Positions 11,739-25,799 of a DNA stretch of 64,000 bases are shown piece by piece (position 1 is the first letter of the stretch; the number at the start of each line of letters is the position of its first letter). Where the stretch lies: NCBI GenBank assembly GCA_963693365.1, contig CAVNZM010000009.1, positions 886,963 to 950,962 on the forward strand, written 5' to 3'. The notes under the pieces were generated by a model, which did no database searches, was not told the DNA's origin, and saw only the letters and a list, made by a program, of their open reading frames with translations. Made by a program: the position numbers and the translations under genes. Source of the stretch: Amoebidium appalachense (lineage: Eukaryota > Protista > Ichthyosporea).

Positions 11739-12513
11739 CTACTTGATTATGCCGTGCAACACTGCTGCTATTGCCCCTGCAACCCCATCCCATCCCATCC
11801 ATCAGTACACACACACAATTTTAAAAACACCAAACCTCCATCCCCCCCCCCCCCCCCCCTTTCCCCTTATACATCCCCCCCCCCCTCCTTTCCCCTTATA
11901 CATCCCCCCTCCTCCCCCTTTCCCCTTATATATCCCCCCCCCCCCCTTTCCCCTTATACATTCCCCCCCCCCCCTTTCCCCTTATACATCCCCCCCCCCT
12001 TCCCCTTATACATCCCCCCCCCCCCCCTTTCCCCTTATACATCCCCCCCCCCTTTCCCCTTATATATCCCCCCCCCTTCCCCTTATACATCCCCCCCTTT
12101 CCCCTTATACATCCCCCCCCCCTTCCCCTTATACATCCCCCCCCCCTTCCCCTTATACATCCCCCCCCCCCTCCCCCTTATACATCCCCCCCCCCCCCCT
12201 TATACATCCCCTCCCCCCCCCCCCCCCCACAGCCATCTTAGACAGTTGAGTTATCCCCCGAGCCTAATGCACCCACACACACCTCGATATGACTAATGAC
12301 AGACTGATTGGGAAGCACATAGCACACACTAGACACCCCTTCATTCTCTTTCCCACACAAGCAAATGAGTAAGTTCACAACTCCCGTTTCCACTCCCAAA
12401 CAGAGCTACCAAATCTGACTGTATGGAATTCTCCCATCCATCCAACCCCTACCCACCAGCCACACATCCATGCACCAAAAAAAAACCCAACATCAATGTC
12501 GACATCTTCATCC

Positions 12514-12564
<51 letters not shown>

Positions 12565-12565
12565 T

Positions 12566-12597
<32 letters not shown>

Positions 12598-13835
12598 AAA
12601 ACAACCTCCCTTCCCCTTCCCCCCCCCCCCTCCTTCTCTCCCTCTACTTCTCCCCCAATACCTTATACGGCCACCCAGCCGCCACTTGTCAAATCCCCCC
12701 CACACACACACATATTAAACTACACCACTGAAACCCCCTCCTCCCCCCCCCCCCTCCCCCCCCCCCCCCTCTCCCCCCCCCCCCCCGCCCACACACAGAC
12801 ACATCCTCCCTTCCCCTCCCACCTCAACCAAGGCACACACCTGTTGTTGCTGCTGACAGGGCCAGTGACCTCGGTGTTGGTCGGTAAGGAAGAGCCACCA
12901 TCATCCCTGCACCGGAATCCAATGAAAAGAAAACGTTATAAAATGAGTATTCAATGAACATCTTAAAAAACTATGACTCACGTGTATCTATAGATACACT
13001 GATAATGCAATGTCCAATAACCGTAAATATCCTGAAATAGGCAAATTCGCAATCAAATACTGCACACCTGACATGTGCAGGTGATTGTTGTGCATGCTTT
13101 TGCATCAGGGGGAGGGGGGAGGGGGGGGGGAACGCGGGGAGAAGGGGAGGCGTGCGTGTTTGTGTGTGTGAAGGGGGGATGGTGGGGAGGGAGAGTGGGA
13201 TAAGAGGGAGAGGGGAGGAGGGGGAAGGGGGGGGGGGGGGGGGGGGGGGGGGAGGGGGGGGGGGGGGGGGATATCACGGACCTACAAGGGCGCCTGCAGC
13301 CACCGAGTTCCACACGTCATCTCTCCTCCGTGTGCGCTCAAAGGCACAGGCCAGGCCCGAATACCCGCCTAAAAATAGCGCAAAAAGCCCAAAATTGGTG
13401 CCGGTGGCTCGGCCCACATACCGTATACGTTCCTGGTGGATGTGTCGAGGAAGAAAAAGGGGGAAGTGCGTGTGTGAGTGTGTGTGTGTGTGTGTGTTTG
13501 GGGGGGGGGGGGGAGGGGGGGGGGGGAGGGGGGAGAAGGCCAAGGATGGCGGAGCAGGTTAATGAACGGTTTGGAAGAGGGAAGGGCAGATTAGGAGAGG
13601 GAGAGGGCAGTAATAGGATGCAATTTCATATCCCCCCCCCTCCCTCACTCCCTTCCCCCTCCCCCTATCTCGAGGGACTTGCACTTCCCGTTTTTTTGCT
13701 CCCAATTTTTTTTCGTCCAGAGGCCGTGAATTGTTTGCAACCTTTTACACAGAAAAAGATCTCCTTCGCTGCCACCAAAGAAATCACCACACCACCATTA
13801 TCCATCCCCCCCCAAAAAACACGTACACACACACA

Positions 13836-13923
<88 letters not shown>

Positions 13924-14558
13924 ACACACACACACACACACACACACAAACACTTTTAAATGCAAAAATACACATGCAGAGAGAGATCCATAAATGCAGA
14001 CGCACAAAGCGCACACATGCATGCCATTCATTCCCTCACCAACGAACCTAAAGTTGGCTGGCTAGGCAATGCCCCCCCCCCCCCCCCCCCCTCCCTCCCA
14101 TCCCCCGCCCCCTCTGCCATAACCACGCCCCTTCACCCAGGCCCCTTATTCCCCCCTTCCTTCACACTTATAAACTCCCCCCCCCCCCCCCCCCCCCCTC
14201 TCTCCCACCACAATCTCCTCTCGAGCATGCCTCTTCGAAACCGTCCCTCCCAACATAACGTCCCACCTCAGACCTACTCCCTCCCCACCCCTCCCCCCAT
14301 TTGCCTCCAACAACTCAAAAAGTGCCACCGACCATGCAGTACCTTAACCCGACCCTCCTGGCTGCAATAGCACTCACCTACCATTTTTGGCAATTCTTTG
14401 CTGTCGGATAGGCTGGAAAAGAACCCCCACAGCAGTCCAACACCACTGCCACGTATACCAGAAAACACTGTGGGTTGGAAATGGGAGGGGGGGGGGGGGG
14501 GAGGGGTGGTTAGAATGTGATATAGAGTACAAAGACCACATTCATGACGGACAACACA

Positions 14559-14624
<66 letters not shown>

Positions 14625-14870
14625 ATCGCCGCATGTGCATGTATGTGTGTGCATATGGGTCTGTGATAAAGGGGGGGCAGGGGGGGGGGGGGGGGGGGGG
14701 GGGAGGGGAGGGGTAAGGGTGACCAAGTTGAAAGAAATATCAAGAGCTTGGTGGTTTATGCAGTTGCATGGCTCAAGGAAGGACAGCTACTTGGGGGACG
14801 GGGGAGGGGGGGGGGAGGTTGAATATTGGATCTCTCTCCCTCTCACTCTCTTGCCCTCCTCTCTCTCCCT

Positions 14871-14950
<80 letters not shown>

Positions 14951-15662
14951 TCCCCCCCCCCCCTCTCTCTCTCTCTGTGTCTCTTCTCCCCCCCCCCTCC
15001 CCCCCCTCACTCTCTGTGGTGTGTCGGTGTGTCTGAGGGGTTCGTGTGGTTGGGGAGTAAAAGGAGAGCGCTGCAGGGGCGAGACATGCACAAGCAGTGG
15101 AGTGGGGAAGAGAACATCTGACACTTTGCTTTGCATGGTGTACATCACACTTCCAACTGACTTTATTTCAAATACAGATCTGCCTTTTATACTCGCAGCA
15201 TTGGATGTGCTCGAAATAGAAATTCCAATCCAATACAATTTACACCAATCAGAACCGTTTGACATCTGAGCTTGCATACCACATTAAACCAAACGCTATT
15301 CAAAGCTAAACACTAATGCTACTGGGAACTAATACACACGACTGAGAAACAATAAGCTACGAATTGCTCGAACACTATTAGTTCGTACATATGCCTAGAA
15401 TATTTCACTACAGAAATATACGTGAATATATGTAGCTCCTCCCTTCTCCCCCTCTTTTACCTATGCCCGCTACTCATCTCCCCTCACTTCTCTGGCCGTC
15501 TCTTCGTGGATGCCACAAACCGAGTTTAAAGGACGTGTTGAAAGGGTGGTTCAGAGGGGGCAGGTGCACAGGAAGGTGGGAGGTGGGAGGGGAGGGGGGG
15601 GGAGAGGGGGTCCTTGTACCTGCCAAATCTATGCAGCGGGGTTGGGCCGCGTGTCTATCCAT
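11739..15662 (-). CDS. Tim17/Tim22/Tim23 (PRAT) family membrane protein, 127 aa, 5 exons; subfamily uncertain (OEP16-4-like or NDUFA11-like)
   Basis: Exons 15662-15620, 14467-14382, 13432-13282, 12906-12841, 11776-11739, all GT-AG and in phase. Protein: MDRHAAQPRCIDLAVFSGIRGSGVGLLWGFFSSLSDSKELPKMERIRYVGRATGTNFGLFALFLGGYSGLACAFERTRRRDDVWNSVAAGALVGMMVALPYRPTPRSLALSAATTGAIAAVLHGIIK*. It carries the family signature C.xxE.xR.xxDxWN.xxxAGAxxG. Confidence 0.85.
11860..12210. repeat. Minisatellite: about 14 copies of (T)TCCCCTTATACAT separated by variable C-runs, in the last intron of the PRAT gene
   Basis: Counted directly; two copies read TATATAT. The transcribed strand is G-rich. Confidence 0.9.
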
Positions 15663-16595
15663 ATTTGGTAATTAACTGCACCCAGCTTGTATACCTTAAG
15701 GCATGAACGGAAAATGTACCCTGCTAGTGTCGAGAGGTGCAGTGTTAATAGTTAATACTTCGCAACAGTACAGCTTTTTCTAATCTCGGATCCACAAAAT
15801 ATTTATGGAGTCATGCGTAGCGCAGAACTTGGCGTTGCCACACATCATTGGACAAACCCTTTCCGTCTTAAACTTTTTCTCATTCTCACTCGTCCTCACC
15901 CCCTCTCCCCCCCCCCCCCTCTCTCTTTCCCTCCCCCCCCCCCCCCCCCCTTCCTCCCCTCCCCCTCTCTCCCTCCCCCCCCTCCTCCCCCCCGCACCCC
16001 GCCCGCCTTTTCTCCCTGGACATCCTATGTTTAGGAAGCCACGGGGGAAAAAAAAAAACAGCTAGCTACATCCAAACATGAATACTCACCAACCCCTCTA
16101 GTGCGCGGAAGTCCATACGCGCTAGAATGATTCTCGTAAACTTGCTTTATCCCCCCCCCTTCCTCTTCCCCCCCCCCCCCCCCCCCCTTCTCCCTCCCCC
16201 CCCCTCCCCCCCCCCCCCCCCCCCCTTTCCCCCCAACAAAAAAAGAAACGAAAAAGAAAGAAAGACGGAGAAAAGAAACAATGATGAAAAAGAACAAACA
16301 AGAAAGAACACGCAAAAGAGAAAACAAGCGAGAAAAAGGAAAGAAATGAAACGAAAAGAAAAGACACATCGATCATGCCTGTGTATTTCTTGCAGCACGA
16401 ACCACAGTTCAGAAAGAAAATCGTTTCTTCTAATAGAAAGTACACCCTAAAAACCAGCCCCTCATTCCCCCCCTCCCCCCCCCCCCCCCCCCCCTGACTG
16501 CTCTCGCTCACTCTCTCGCTCCCCCCATTCCCACCCCTTTAACTCTCTCTTTTTCCCCCCCCCTCCCCTCCCCCTCCCCCCATGAGTGCTCTCGA

Positions 16596-16690
<95 letters not shown>

Positions 16691-16960
16691 CCACACACAC
16701 ACAAACAAACACAGACACACACTTCTCTCTCTCTTCCCTCCCCACTCTCGTTCTCTCCCCCCCTCCCGCCCCCCGCCCCCCTGCCCCCCGGCCGTCTCTC
16801 TCTCTATCCCTGTCCCCTCCTTCCCCCTCTCTTCCCCTCGCTCCAACCCCTCGTCTCTCTGCTCTTTCTCTTGCTCTCTCTCGTCTCGCTCTCTCTTTCG
16901 CTCTCCCTTTCACTCACTCACTCACTCAATTACTCAGCCACACACACACACACACACACA

Positions 16961-16994
<34 letters not shown>

Positions 16995-17734
16995 CCCCTC
17001 CCCCCCCCAACTCCCCATCCCGTCTCTCTCTTTCTATCTACTTCTCTCTCTCTTCCCCTTCTCCCCCCCCCCCCCCCCCCCCCGTCCCCCCCCCCCCCCC
17101 TCCCCTCTGCGCGCTCTTCCCCCCCCCCCCCCCCCCCCCCCCCCGCCCACTCTTTTACCCTCTTGCACTTTCTCTCGCTCCCTCCCTCAATCGCCCTCTC
17201 TCTCTAAGTTTCGGCCCACCCCCGCCCCCCATCGGCTTAATTGCTACTTTTTTTCACAGAGCCCCCCACATTCTCTCCGACCAAAATCCCTTTCTCTTTT
17301 TCACTGGCCGTATTCAACACATAATTGTCAACACGCTCATCTCACCTTTTTCTGCTCTGATGAGTCTGAACCCACCGCCCTTGTATGCATACCACGTGAT
17401 CTCGGAAGTGTTTAGAGGTGCTATTTACGCAACTCACTTGCCCACACTGGTGTCGGTATGTCTTGCTTTGGAATGGCCGAAGAATAGTCCTATCACACAG
17501 ACGCGTTCAATACCCTCCTCAGCGAAAACCTTCACAAGTAACTACAAAGTGGTGCATGCCCTTGCGAACCGGTTTTGCTGCGTTAAACAGCAAAAAAGAA
17601 GTATCACTTTCATATATACCCCATGTATCCCTCTTTTCCTCTCCTTCTCAATTTCTCTCCCTCTGTCTCTGACACACACACACTCACACTCGCTCGAGGC
17701 TCTTGTATTTTTTGCACGTCTTTCGCCTCTCCGC

Positions 17735-18204
17735 CAGGGGTGTGGCGACTTGAGTCCGAGTCGCGACTTGAAGTCACGAAAGCTCGTGACTTGAGTCAAG
17801 TCAAGTCAGGCCATCAGGCGTGACTTGGAGGTGACTTGGGCCGAGGCCTGAGGGGGCCCGGGATGGGGGAGGGAGGGGGGGAGGGGGGGGGGGTTGGTCG
17901 GGTAGTAGGGGGGGAAACTCAAAGGGACTGAGGGCCCGGAGCACTCCGGAGGCGGCCCGCCCCCCTCTCCCCCCCCCCCCCCCCCCCCCCCCGGGCCCCC
18001 TCCTCCCCCCGGCACCCCCCCCCCCCTCCCCGCCCCCCACGGTTGACTCGCACTCAAAATAGTAACGTCACCTGAAGTCGCGACTTGAGTCATAGGGTCT
18101 CAAGTCGCGACTCCAAGTCAAGTCAAGTCACAAGCACCAGCTGCCAATTATTAAAATAAGTCAAGTCAAGCCGATGAACCGATGAAGGCTCCACCACACC
18201 CCTG
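17735..18204. mobile_element. Non-autonomous hAT-type MITE (~470 bp)
   Basis: 11-bp TIRs CAGGGGTGTGG...CCACACCCCTG. Degenerate 8-bp TSD ctctccgc/ctctccta (6 of 8 match). Many subterminal GACTTG/CAAGTC repeats. Confidence 0.75.
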
Positions 18205-18375
18205 CTCTCCTACATACGCTCTCCGGACCCTAGACCCTCTGCCTCATATCAGATCTTGAAGACACCTATTGGGTATTTTTAGATTTGGCGGGAAGCATTG
18301 TGGACTCCTATTGGTTGACCTAGTTGCATGACGTCATTCTTCGTTGCGGAGCTAGATCAAGACAGTCAAAAGAGC

Positions 18376-18412
<37 letters not shown>

Positions 18413-18466
18413 AAACCACACTGAGCTTGCTACTAATCGGAGCCACGCTACAGTTACATAAGCACC

Positions 18467-18739
<273 letters not shown>

Positions 18740-19210
18740 AGCAATGTAAGTGGTGAGGAGCAGGGGGGAGGGATCTTGAATAATCGCGTTTGGGTCTAAG
18801 GACGTAAGGAGAGGGAACGGATGGGCTGGGAGGGGAAACGGTGGGTAACGGAAGCCCGGAGGTTCATTAACATAACGGATTAAAGTTTGTGTGTTCTTTT
18901 TCTGGTGCATTCCTGAACTAACACATTTTGGCAACCTGACTATTGTCATTTGTGTGGTGAAATTGGGGCTTTGCAGAGTAAGGTGTGCGGTAAGGGAATG
19001 ATCTATGTGAAGGGGGAGTTTGATCTATCCTCTGAGAAAACATAAAGAGTGAGAAAGATTACGAGAACTCAGGTTGTCCAGCAGGTATGGTTGTGCAATA
19101 CACTGGTCTCTGTTCTAAAGCATAGCCGTTTTGTTTCCTTGCTCATCGTGCTAAACCCTATACATTTACAACGATTATAACGTAAAACACTGACAACTTT
19201 CCCACACCAG

Positions 19211-22200
19211 ATGGCAGACATCAAGTCCTTTTTCGACTATGTGGACGCCCACGCTGACTTCTACGTCAAAAAGTTGGCCGAGGCCGTGGCCGTGCAGAGC
19301 GTCTCTGCAGACCCAGCAAAGTGCGCCTGATATACCCCCCCCCCCCCCCTTCTCCCCCCCTCCCCCCCCCCCCCTCTCCCCCCTCCTCTCTTGCTCTCGC
19401 CATCACCCCTGCCTCCGTGCCCTCTCCCCCCTTCTCCCCCTCCCCCCCCCCACCCCCACCCCCACCTAAGCACACTTTGACCTTGAGTTTGAGGCTCTGC
19501 TGTGGCTCAGCTTCACATCTTTTACTGCTATTCTGAAATTTTCAAACGTGTTTGTATAACCCTGAAAATCTGCTTCTTTTGCGCTGCCAGCTTTCCTTTC
19601 CCGTCCCTTTCAACATCTTTACACCTAACTTGACTTTTGAACTCTAGAACTATTTTCCAACTTTTGCAGTAACAGTGCCCCACATCATCTCTTGTTCACA
19701 TCCACTAGACTCGCCGACACAAACAGACATACGGGAAGGTTTCAGTGCTACCCGTACACTGTTTTTCCTTAGTTGTCTATGCAAAGTCCCTCAAGGTTCC
19801 TCAAGACATCTATTTACATACCCTCATACCCAGGCGCCCTGAGGTGAGGCGTATGGGTGAAATAATGAAGGAGTGGATTGAGGAGCTCGGTGGCCACGCA
19901 TTTATGGTCGGTTTACCCCCCTCCCCCCGCCCCCCTCCCCCTCCCCCCCCTTCCCCCCCTTCCCTCCCCCCCCCCCCCCCAACCCACCTGCCCCCCTCCC
20001 CCCCTCCCCCCCCCCCCCCCCCCCAACCCACCTGCCCCCCTTTCCCCCCCCCCCCTCCCCCCACCCACCTGCCCCCCCCCTCCCCCCCCCCCCCCCCCCC
20101 CCCCCGCCTCCCGGCTCAAAAAAACGAAGCAATAAAAGGTACCTTGGGGATTCTAAAGGCTGTCTTTTTCATGTTTCCAACCATTTGTATGCAAGGAAAT
20201 TCGTCCCCCCCCACCCACGCACCCACCCCACCCTCCCCCTACCCCTTTTCTTGCCCCCCCCCCCCCCCCCCTTCCGGCCCTGCTTTTCTCCTAGCAGGCA
20301 CATAGACACCCAATTCTATACTCATTGCTCAAGCACACACTCTGGACTGCACTCACCAACAACATGGGCCATCCCTTTATCGTATATATGGGGCGTATGG
20401 GTGTAGGTACAGGGGGTCATGAGGGAAAGGAGGGCAGGCAGGCAGTGGGGGCGGGGGAAGGGGGGAAGGGGGGGGGGGGGGGCAATAAGGGGCAAAATAG
20501 GAGGAGGTAATTCTTCAGAGCTGAAACCTCACGTGTAGAAGTAGAGGAAGATCACCGTGTTTCTGTATGCCTGTCAATGACGACAGCTCCAACCACTTAA
20601 AACCTGATCCCCTTATTCCCCCACCATCATCCCCGCGGATCCCCCCTTCTCACCCCCCGTCCCCCTGGGTGCCCCCGGAGGCGAGGGGGCGCCCACAACC
20701 AACACACCCACTGATGACCCCCCCCCCCCCCCCCGTTCTCCCCCCCCTCCCCCCCCCCCCCAACTCCACCCCTTCCTCCCTTCAAAACACACACACACAC
20801 GCACAAACACACAAACACACACACACGACAGGTTGAACCTGGCACCCAGACCCTACTCAATGGTCGCACTCTTGAGCTCCCACCAGTTGTGTTTGGCCAT
20901 TTTGGACTCGACCCCAAAAAGAAGACCGTGTGTGTGTAAGTTGCTCCCTCCGTGTCTCTTACCCCCCCCCCCCCCTCTCCCCCCCTCCCCCCCCCTCCCC
21001 CTCCCCTCCCCTCCCCTTCACAAAGACACACACCTATTGCTTCCTCTCACCCTTCCTGTGGAACACCTCAACATGTGTTTCTATACCACTCTCCACGCCC
21101 AAGGTTGGATAGTTTTTTCTTTCTTTCTTTCTTTCTTTCTTTTTTTTTTTTTGGGGGGGGGGGGGGGGGGGAGAGGGGGGGGATTTGAAATGGGGTAGGG
21201 GGAGCCAGGGGGGGGGGGGGGGGGGGCATTGGAAACAACAAAAAAAAGGAGGCAGGGGGGGGGGGGGGGGGGCATTAGAACTAGCAAGCAGAACCTTGAG
21301 TTCTCTGTCGTTTTTTCTTTGGGCATCTTTGCACACGTCACAACACCCCAACATCACGTTGGCCCACTTCTCCCACTGTAAAAAAAAAATGAAGAAGGAA
21401 GAAGAATGAATGAATGAATGAATGAAAGCAAAAGAGAAAGAGAACATTTCCAACGTGCAAAAATTTACCTAACCATTTGGTTTGTTAAGTAGATTCAACT
21501 ATCTAAGCCACCACCACACCTCTTGATCTCATTGGCTATTTATCACACACAGGTACGGCCACTACGATGTGCAACCAGCACTGAAATCCGACGGCTGGAA
21601 CACTGAGCCGTTTGAGCTGACGGAAATTGATGGAAAGCTCTTTGGCCGAGGTAGCACGGATGATAAGGGACCAATCCTGTGCTGGCTATGGGTCTACAAG
21701 GTTGGTGCAATCAGTAGTTTGGGAAGTGCAATCAGTAGTTTGCATGTCGTGATCATGGTGCAATAAGTGGTTTGAGTAGTCCCATGGGCGGTGAGATTAG
21801 GGGTTTGCATGTCGTAAGAATGGTACAATGGGTGGGTTTGCTGGTTCATTGGGTTATTTTGGAAGTTCAATAGGTAGGTTGAGCAGTGCAATTAGGATGA
21901 ATACACGCGCAAAGCGCACGAGTATATTGGGTGAAATGTTGTGTTGGGTTACTAGTGTTGGGGCTGAGATTGACTAGAGTGCAGGGTGTTCCTTGGGTTT
22001 ATATGATGCAAACAGTGTTTTTGGGGTGGCAGATGCTGGCTCTTTGCAGCTGAGATTGGATGCGCCGGCCAATGCTCCGAACCTATTGGGGCATTGATGC
22101 CTTTTGGCTGGTTGGTGGGGTCTGGGCTGGTTGTTGTTGTTGTAGTGGTGGTGGTGGTGGTTGTGGGGGAAGGGGGGGGGGGGGGGGGGGGGGGGGTGAG

Positions 22201-23099
22201 GGGGTGGGGAGGGGGGGGGTTGAAAGGGAAGAGACAGGCCATGAAAGAGACAGAGAAACATAGCAAGGGAACGTGGGGAGACGGAGCAAGTGAAGGATGG
22301 AACGAAAGAGGGAGAGGGGGGGGGGGGGGGGGGGTGGAGAGGAGACCGGGGGCGGGGGCAGGGGTGGGGGGTGGTGGTGGGGAGGGGATGATTTTCTGGG
22401 AAGGTAAGAAGTGAATAATTGGTTTTCAGGCATAGGAGATGTCAAGGTGAAGGAGTACCCTTAGAAAGCGAGAGAGTTTGTTGCACCATGTTGTCTTTTT
22501 GAAAAGAAACGATTATCTAGCTGCCGTGCTGACACTTTAATTGGCTTTTATTTAACAATTTGCTCCCATTGGCTTGCAGGCATTTAAGGAGCTTGGCCGT
22601 GAGCTGCCAGTCAACATTAAAATGTGCTTTGAAGGGATGGAGGAGACGGGCAGTCTTGGCCTGGACGATGTAATTTACGCCCAGGCAAAGGAGGGGGGTT
22701 CTTGGCTGACGTCGACTACTTTTGCATCTCAGGTGGGAATACGCCCCAACCCCCCCCCCCCCCCTCCCTCCCTCCCCCCCCCCCCCCCCCGTGCCGGGGG
22801 GTGGACAAATATCCGCGTGATTGGTCATGTTCGAAGTCGCTTCAAAACAGACATACACCAGATAGGGCCGAAACCCCCCCCCCCCCCTTCCCCCCCTCCC
22901 CCTCCCCCTCCGGCCCTCCTCCTTTCTTATCGTCTCCCACTCCCTCGAATGCCTGGTGTTTTCTTGTATGCTGCCATACACGTATGGTATCCTTCTAATC
23001 TGCCATTCTTCTGTTCTCTGTACTTCGATCCCCCCCCCTGTCCCCCCCCCCCCCCCCCCCCCCCCCCACCACCACCACCACCACCACCACCACCATCAC

Positions 23100-23191
<92 letters not shown>

Positions 23192-23761
23192 CAACACCAA
23201 CACCACCCTTCCCTCTCCACCTTTTGTAACTTTCTTGAAGATAGGTTCTACTTCTGATGCGCAATTCTTTGTGTGCTCTCGTCGTTTTTCGAATCTGTGT
23301 TGTCCGCCGTGAATGTGTACTTCACATCCCTGCTCCACATTCTTACCCCCCCCCCCCCCCCCCCTCCCCCCCCCCCCCCCTTCTCCCCCTCCCTTTTAGA
23401 CAACTACTGGTTGGGGCGCACCACACCCTGTCTGACGTATGGCACGAGGGGATTGGCCTACTTTGCGCTGGAGATCAGCGGCTTCAAGAAGGATCTGCAC
23501 TCGGGCCTCTACGGTGGCGCTGTGTAGGTGCCCAGTGTTATGTTCACTGATTGTGTTGGGGTTGTTTGGAGTGGGGTTTGAGGGGCGGGGGATTGGGGTG
23601 GGTGGAGGGGGTGGTGGTGGGGGGGGGGGGGGGGGGGGGAGATTGTGTTGTGGTGGTGGTGGTTTTTTTTTTCTTTTTTTTTTTTGGGGGGGGGGGGGGG
23701 GGGAGGGGATTGCGTTGTTGTGGGGGTGGTGTGTCTGGTGTGTGTGTTTGTGCGTGTGCGT

Positions 23762-23797
<36 letters not shown>

Positions 23798-23969
23798 TGG
23801 GGGGGGGGAGGGGGGGGAGGGGGGCTCTATGGCGATGCAGTAAAGATCAACACCTGTTTTTTCTGGTTTTTTGTGATAGGTCAGGCTAAGGGGCGGGAGG
23901 GTGGGAAAGGTTGGATGGCTGGATGGTGAAGGGTTTGTGTTTTGTGTGTGTGCGCGTGTGGTGTGTGTT

Positions 23970-24059
<90 letters not shown>

Positions 24060-25765
24060 ATGCTTGTGTGTTGTGCGTGTGCATGCGCGCACACATGTGC
24101 TTACGTGTGTTTGAATGGTCATGCACACGCAGCCACGGGGTGAATGGTTAGCTTTGCCCCCACACTCGCAATCGAATATATTCAAAAATTTCACTTTCTG
24201 ACTCCTGACCCTCCCCCCCCCCCCCCCCCCCCCCCCCCTCCATGCAGACACGAACCAATGACGGACCTTGTGCATCTTATGGCTAGGCTGGTCACCCCAT
24301 CTGGTCAGATCTTAGTGCCGGGCATCAATGAGCTTGTGGCCCCACTATCAGATGCAGAGGCAGCCCTCTACGACAAGATCGACTTCGATCCGGAGTCTTT
24401 CAGAAACGTACGATAAAATGCAAACCCGCCCTCCCTCCCCACCTCCCCTCCCTTCCCACCATCGCTCCACCCCGGCTCCTTTTGCCCCCCCCCCCCCCTC
24501 CCCCCCCCGCTCCCCCTCTCTTCCACACACACACACATCCCAGCTCCTTTTGCCCTCGCTCCCCCCCCCCCCCCCCCCGCCCTTTCCCAAACATGCACAT
24601 ACATTATAGAAGGAACGGCAGATGGGCACACACCTGCCTTTTGTGTTCATGTCTCCATGTTTGGCTTTGTCGTTGTTCGGTGAAGCCCATTGCCACAAGA
24701 CACTACCTTTTCTGAAAGAAAAAGAATAACGGTTTTGTTGCTCATTCAACTTGGATCAAAACCCTCGTGTATTCCTCTCTTCACCCCGTCCCCCCTCCCC
24801 CCCTTCTCCGCCCCCTCCCCCCTGCTCTGGGGGTGCCTCTTCTCGAGTGCAGTACACACAGACTTACACTGACACATTCCCCCACCCCCCCCCCCCCCCC
24901 CCCCCCCCACACACACACAAATATTACACTAACAAACAGCGACACATGCGCGCGAGCTTGCACACTCGCACATACACTAGCCCTGCCCCGCCACACACAC
25001 ACACACATGCATCCACCCACCCACCCACCCACCGACACACACATCCACCCACCCACCCGCCTGCTGACACACACATCCACCCACCCACCCACCCACCCAC
25101 CACCCACCCGCCGACACACACATCCACCCACCCACCCGCCTGCCCGCCGACACACACATTCACCCTCCCACCCACCCGCCCACCCACCCGCCCACCTACA
25201 CACACATCCACCCACCCGCCCACCCACCCGCCCACCTACACACACATCCACCCACCCACCCACCGGCCGACACACACATCCACCCATCCAGCCGCCCGCC
25301 CACCCACCCACCCACCTGCCGACCCACACATCCACCCACCCACCCACCCACCCACCCACCCACCCACCCACCCACCCACCCACCCACCCACCCACCCGCC
25401 GACACACACACACTCACACACACACACTCACACATACACACACACACACACACGTGCAGGATGTAGGTGCTCGTGGGCTGATCCACAGCAGCAAGAATGA
25501 CGTACTGATGGCCCGGTGGCGCTACCCCTCACTGAGTCTGCACGGCATAGAGGGCGCATTCTATGAGTCGGGGGCAAAGACAGTTATCCCTGCAAAGGTG
25601 GGTATGTGTGTGTGTGTGGTGGTGGTGGGGGGGGGGGGGGGGGGGGGGGAAGGTGGGGCGGGGGGAGAGGGGAAGGCGCGGGGGGGGGGGGGAGGGGGGG
25701 GGGGGGAGAGGAGGGGGAGAGGGGGGGGGGGGGGGATGGGGTGGTGTGGTGAATGGGTGGGTTGG

Positions 25766-25799
<34 letters not shown>

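Noticed and set aside
11860-12210. CRISPR-like repeat/spacer appearance (also the 57-bp repeat at 49360-49537)
   Set aside because: Spacers are homopolymers or absent, the context is a eukaryotic intron, and no cas genes are present.
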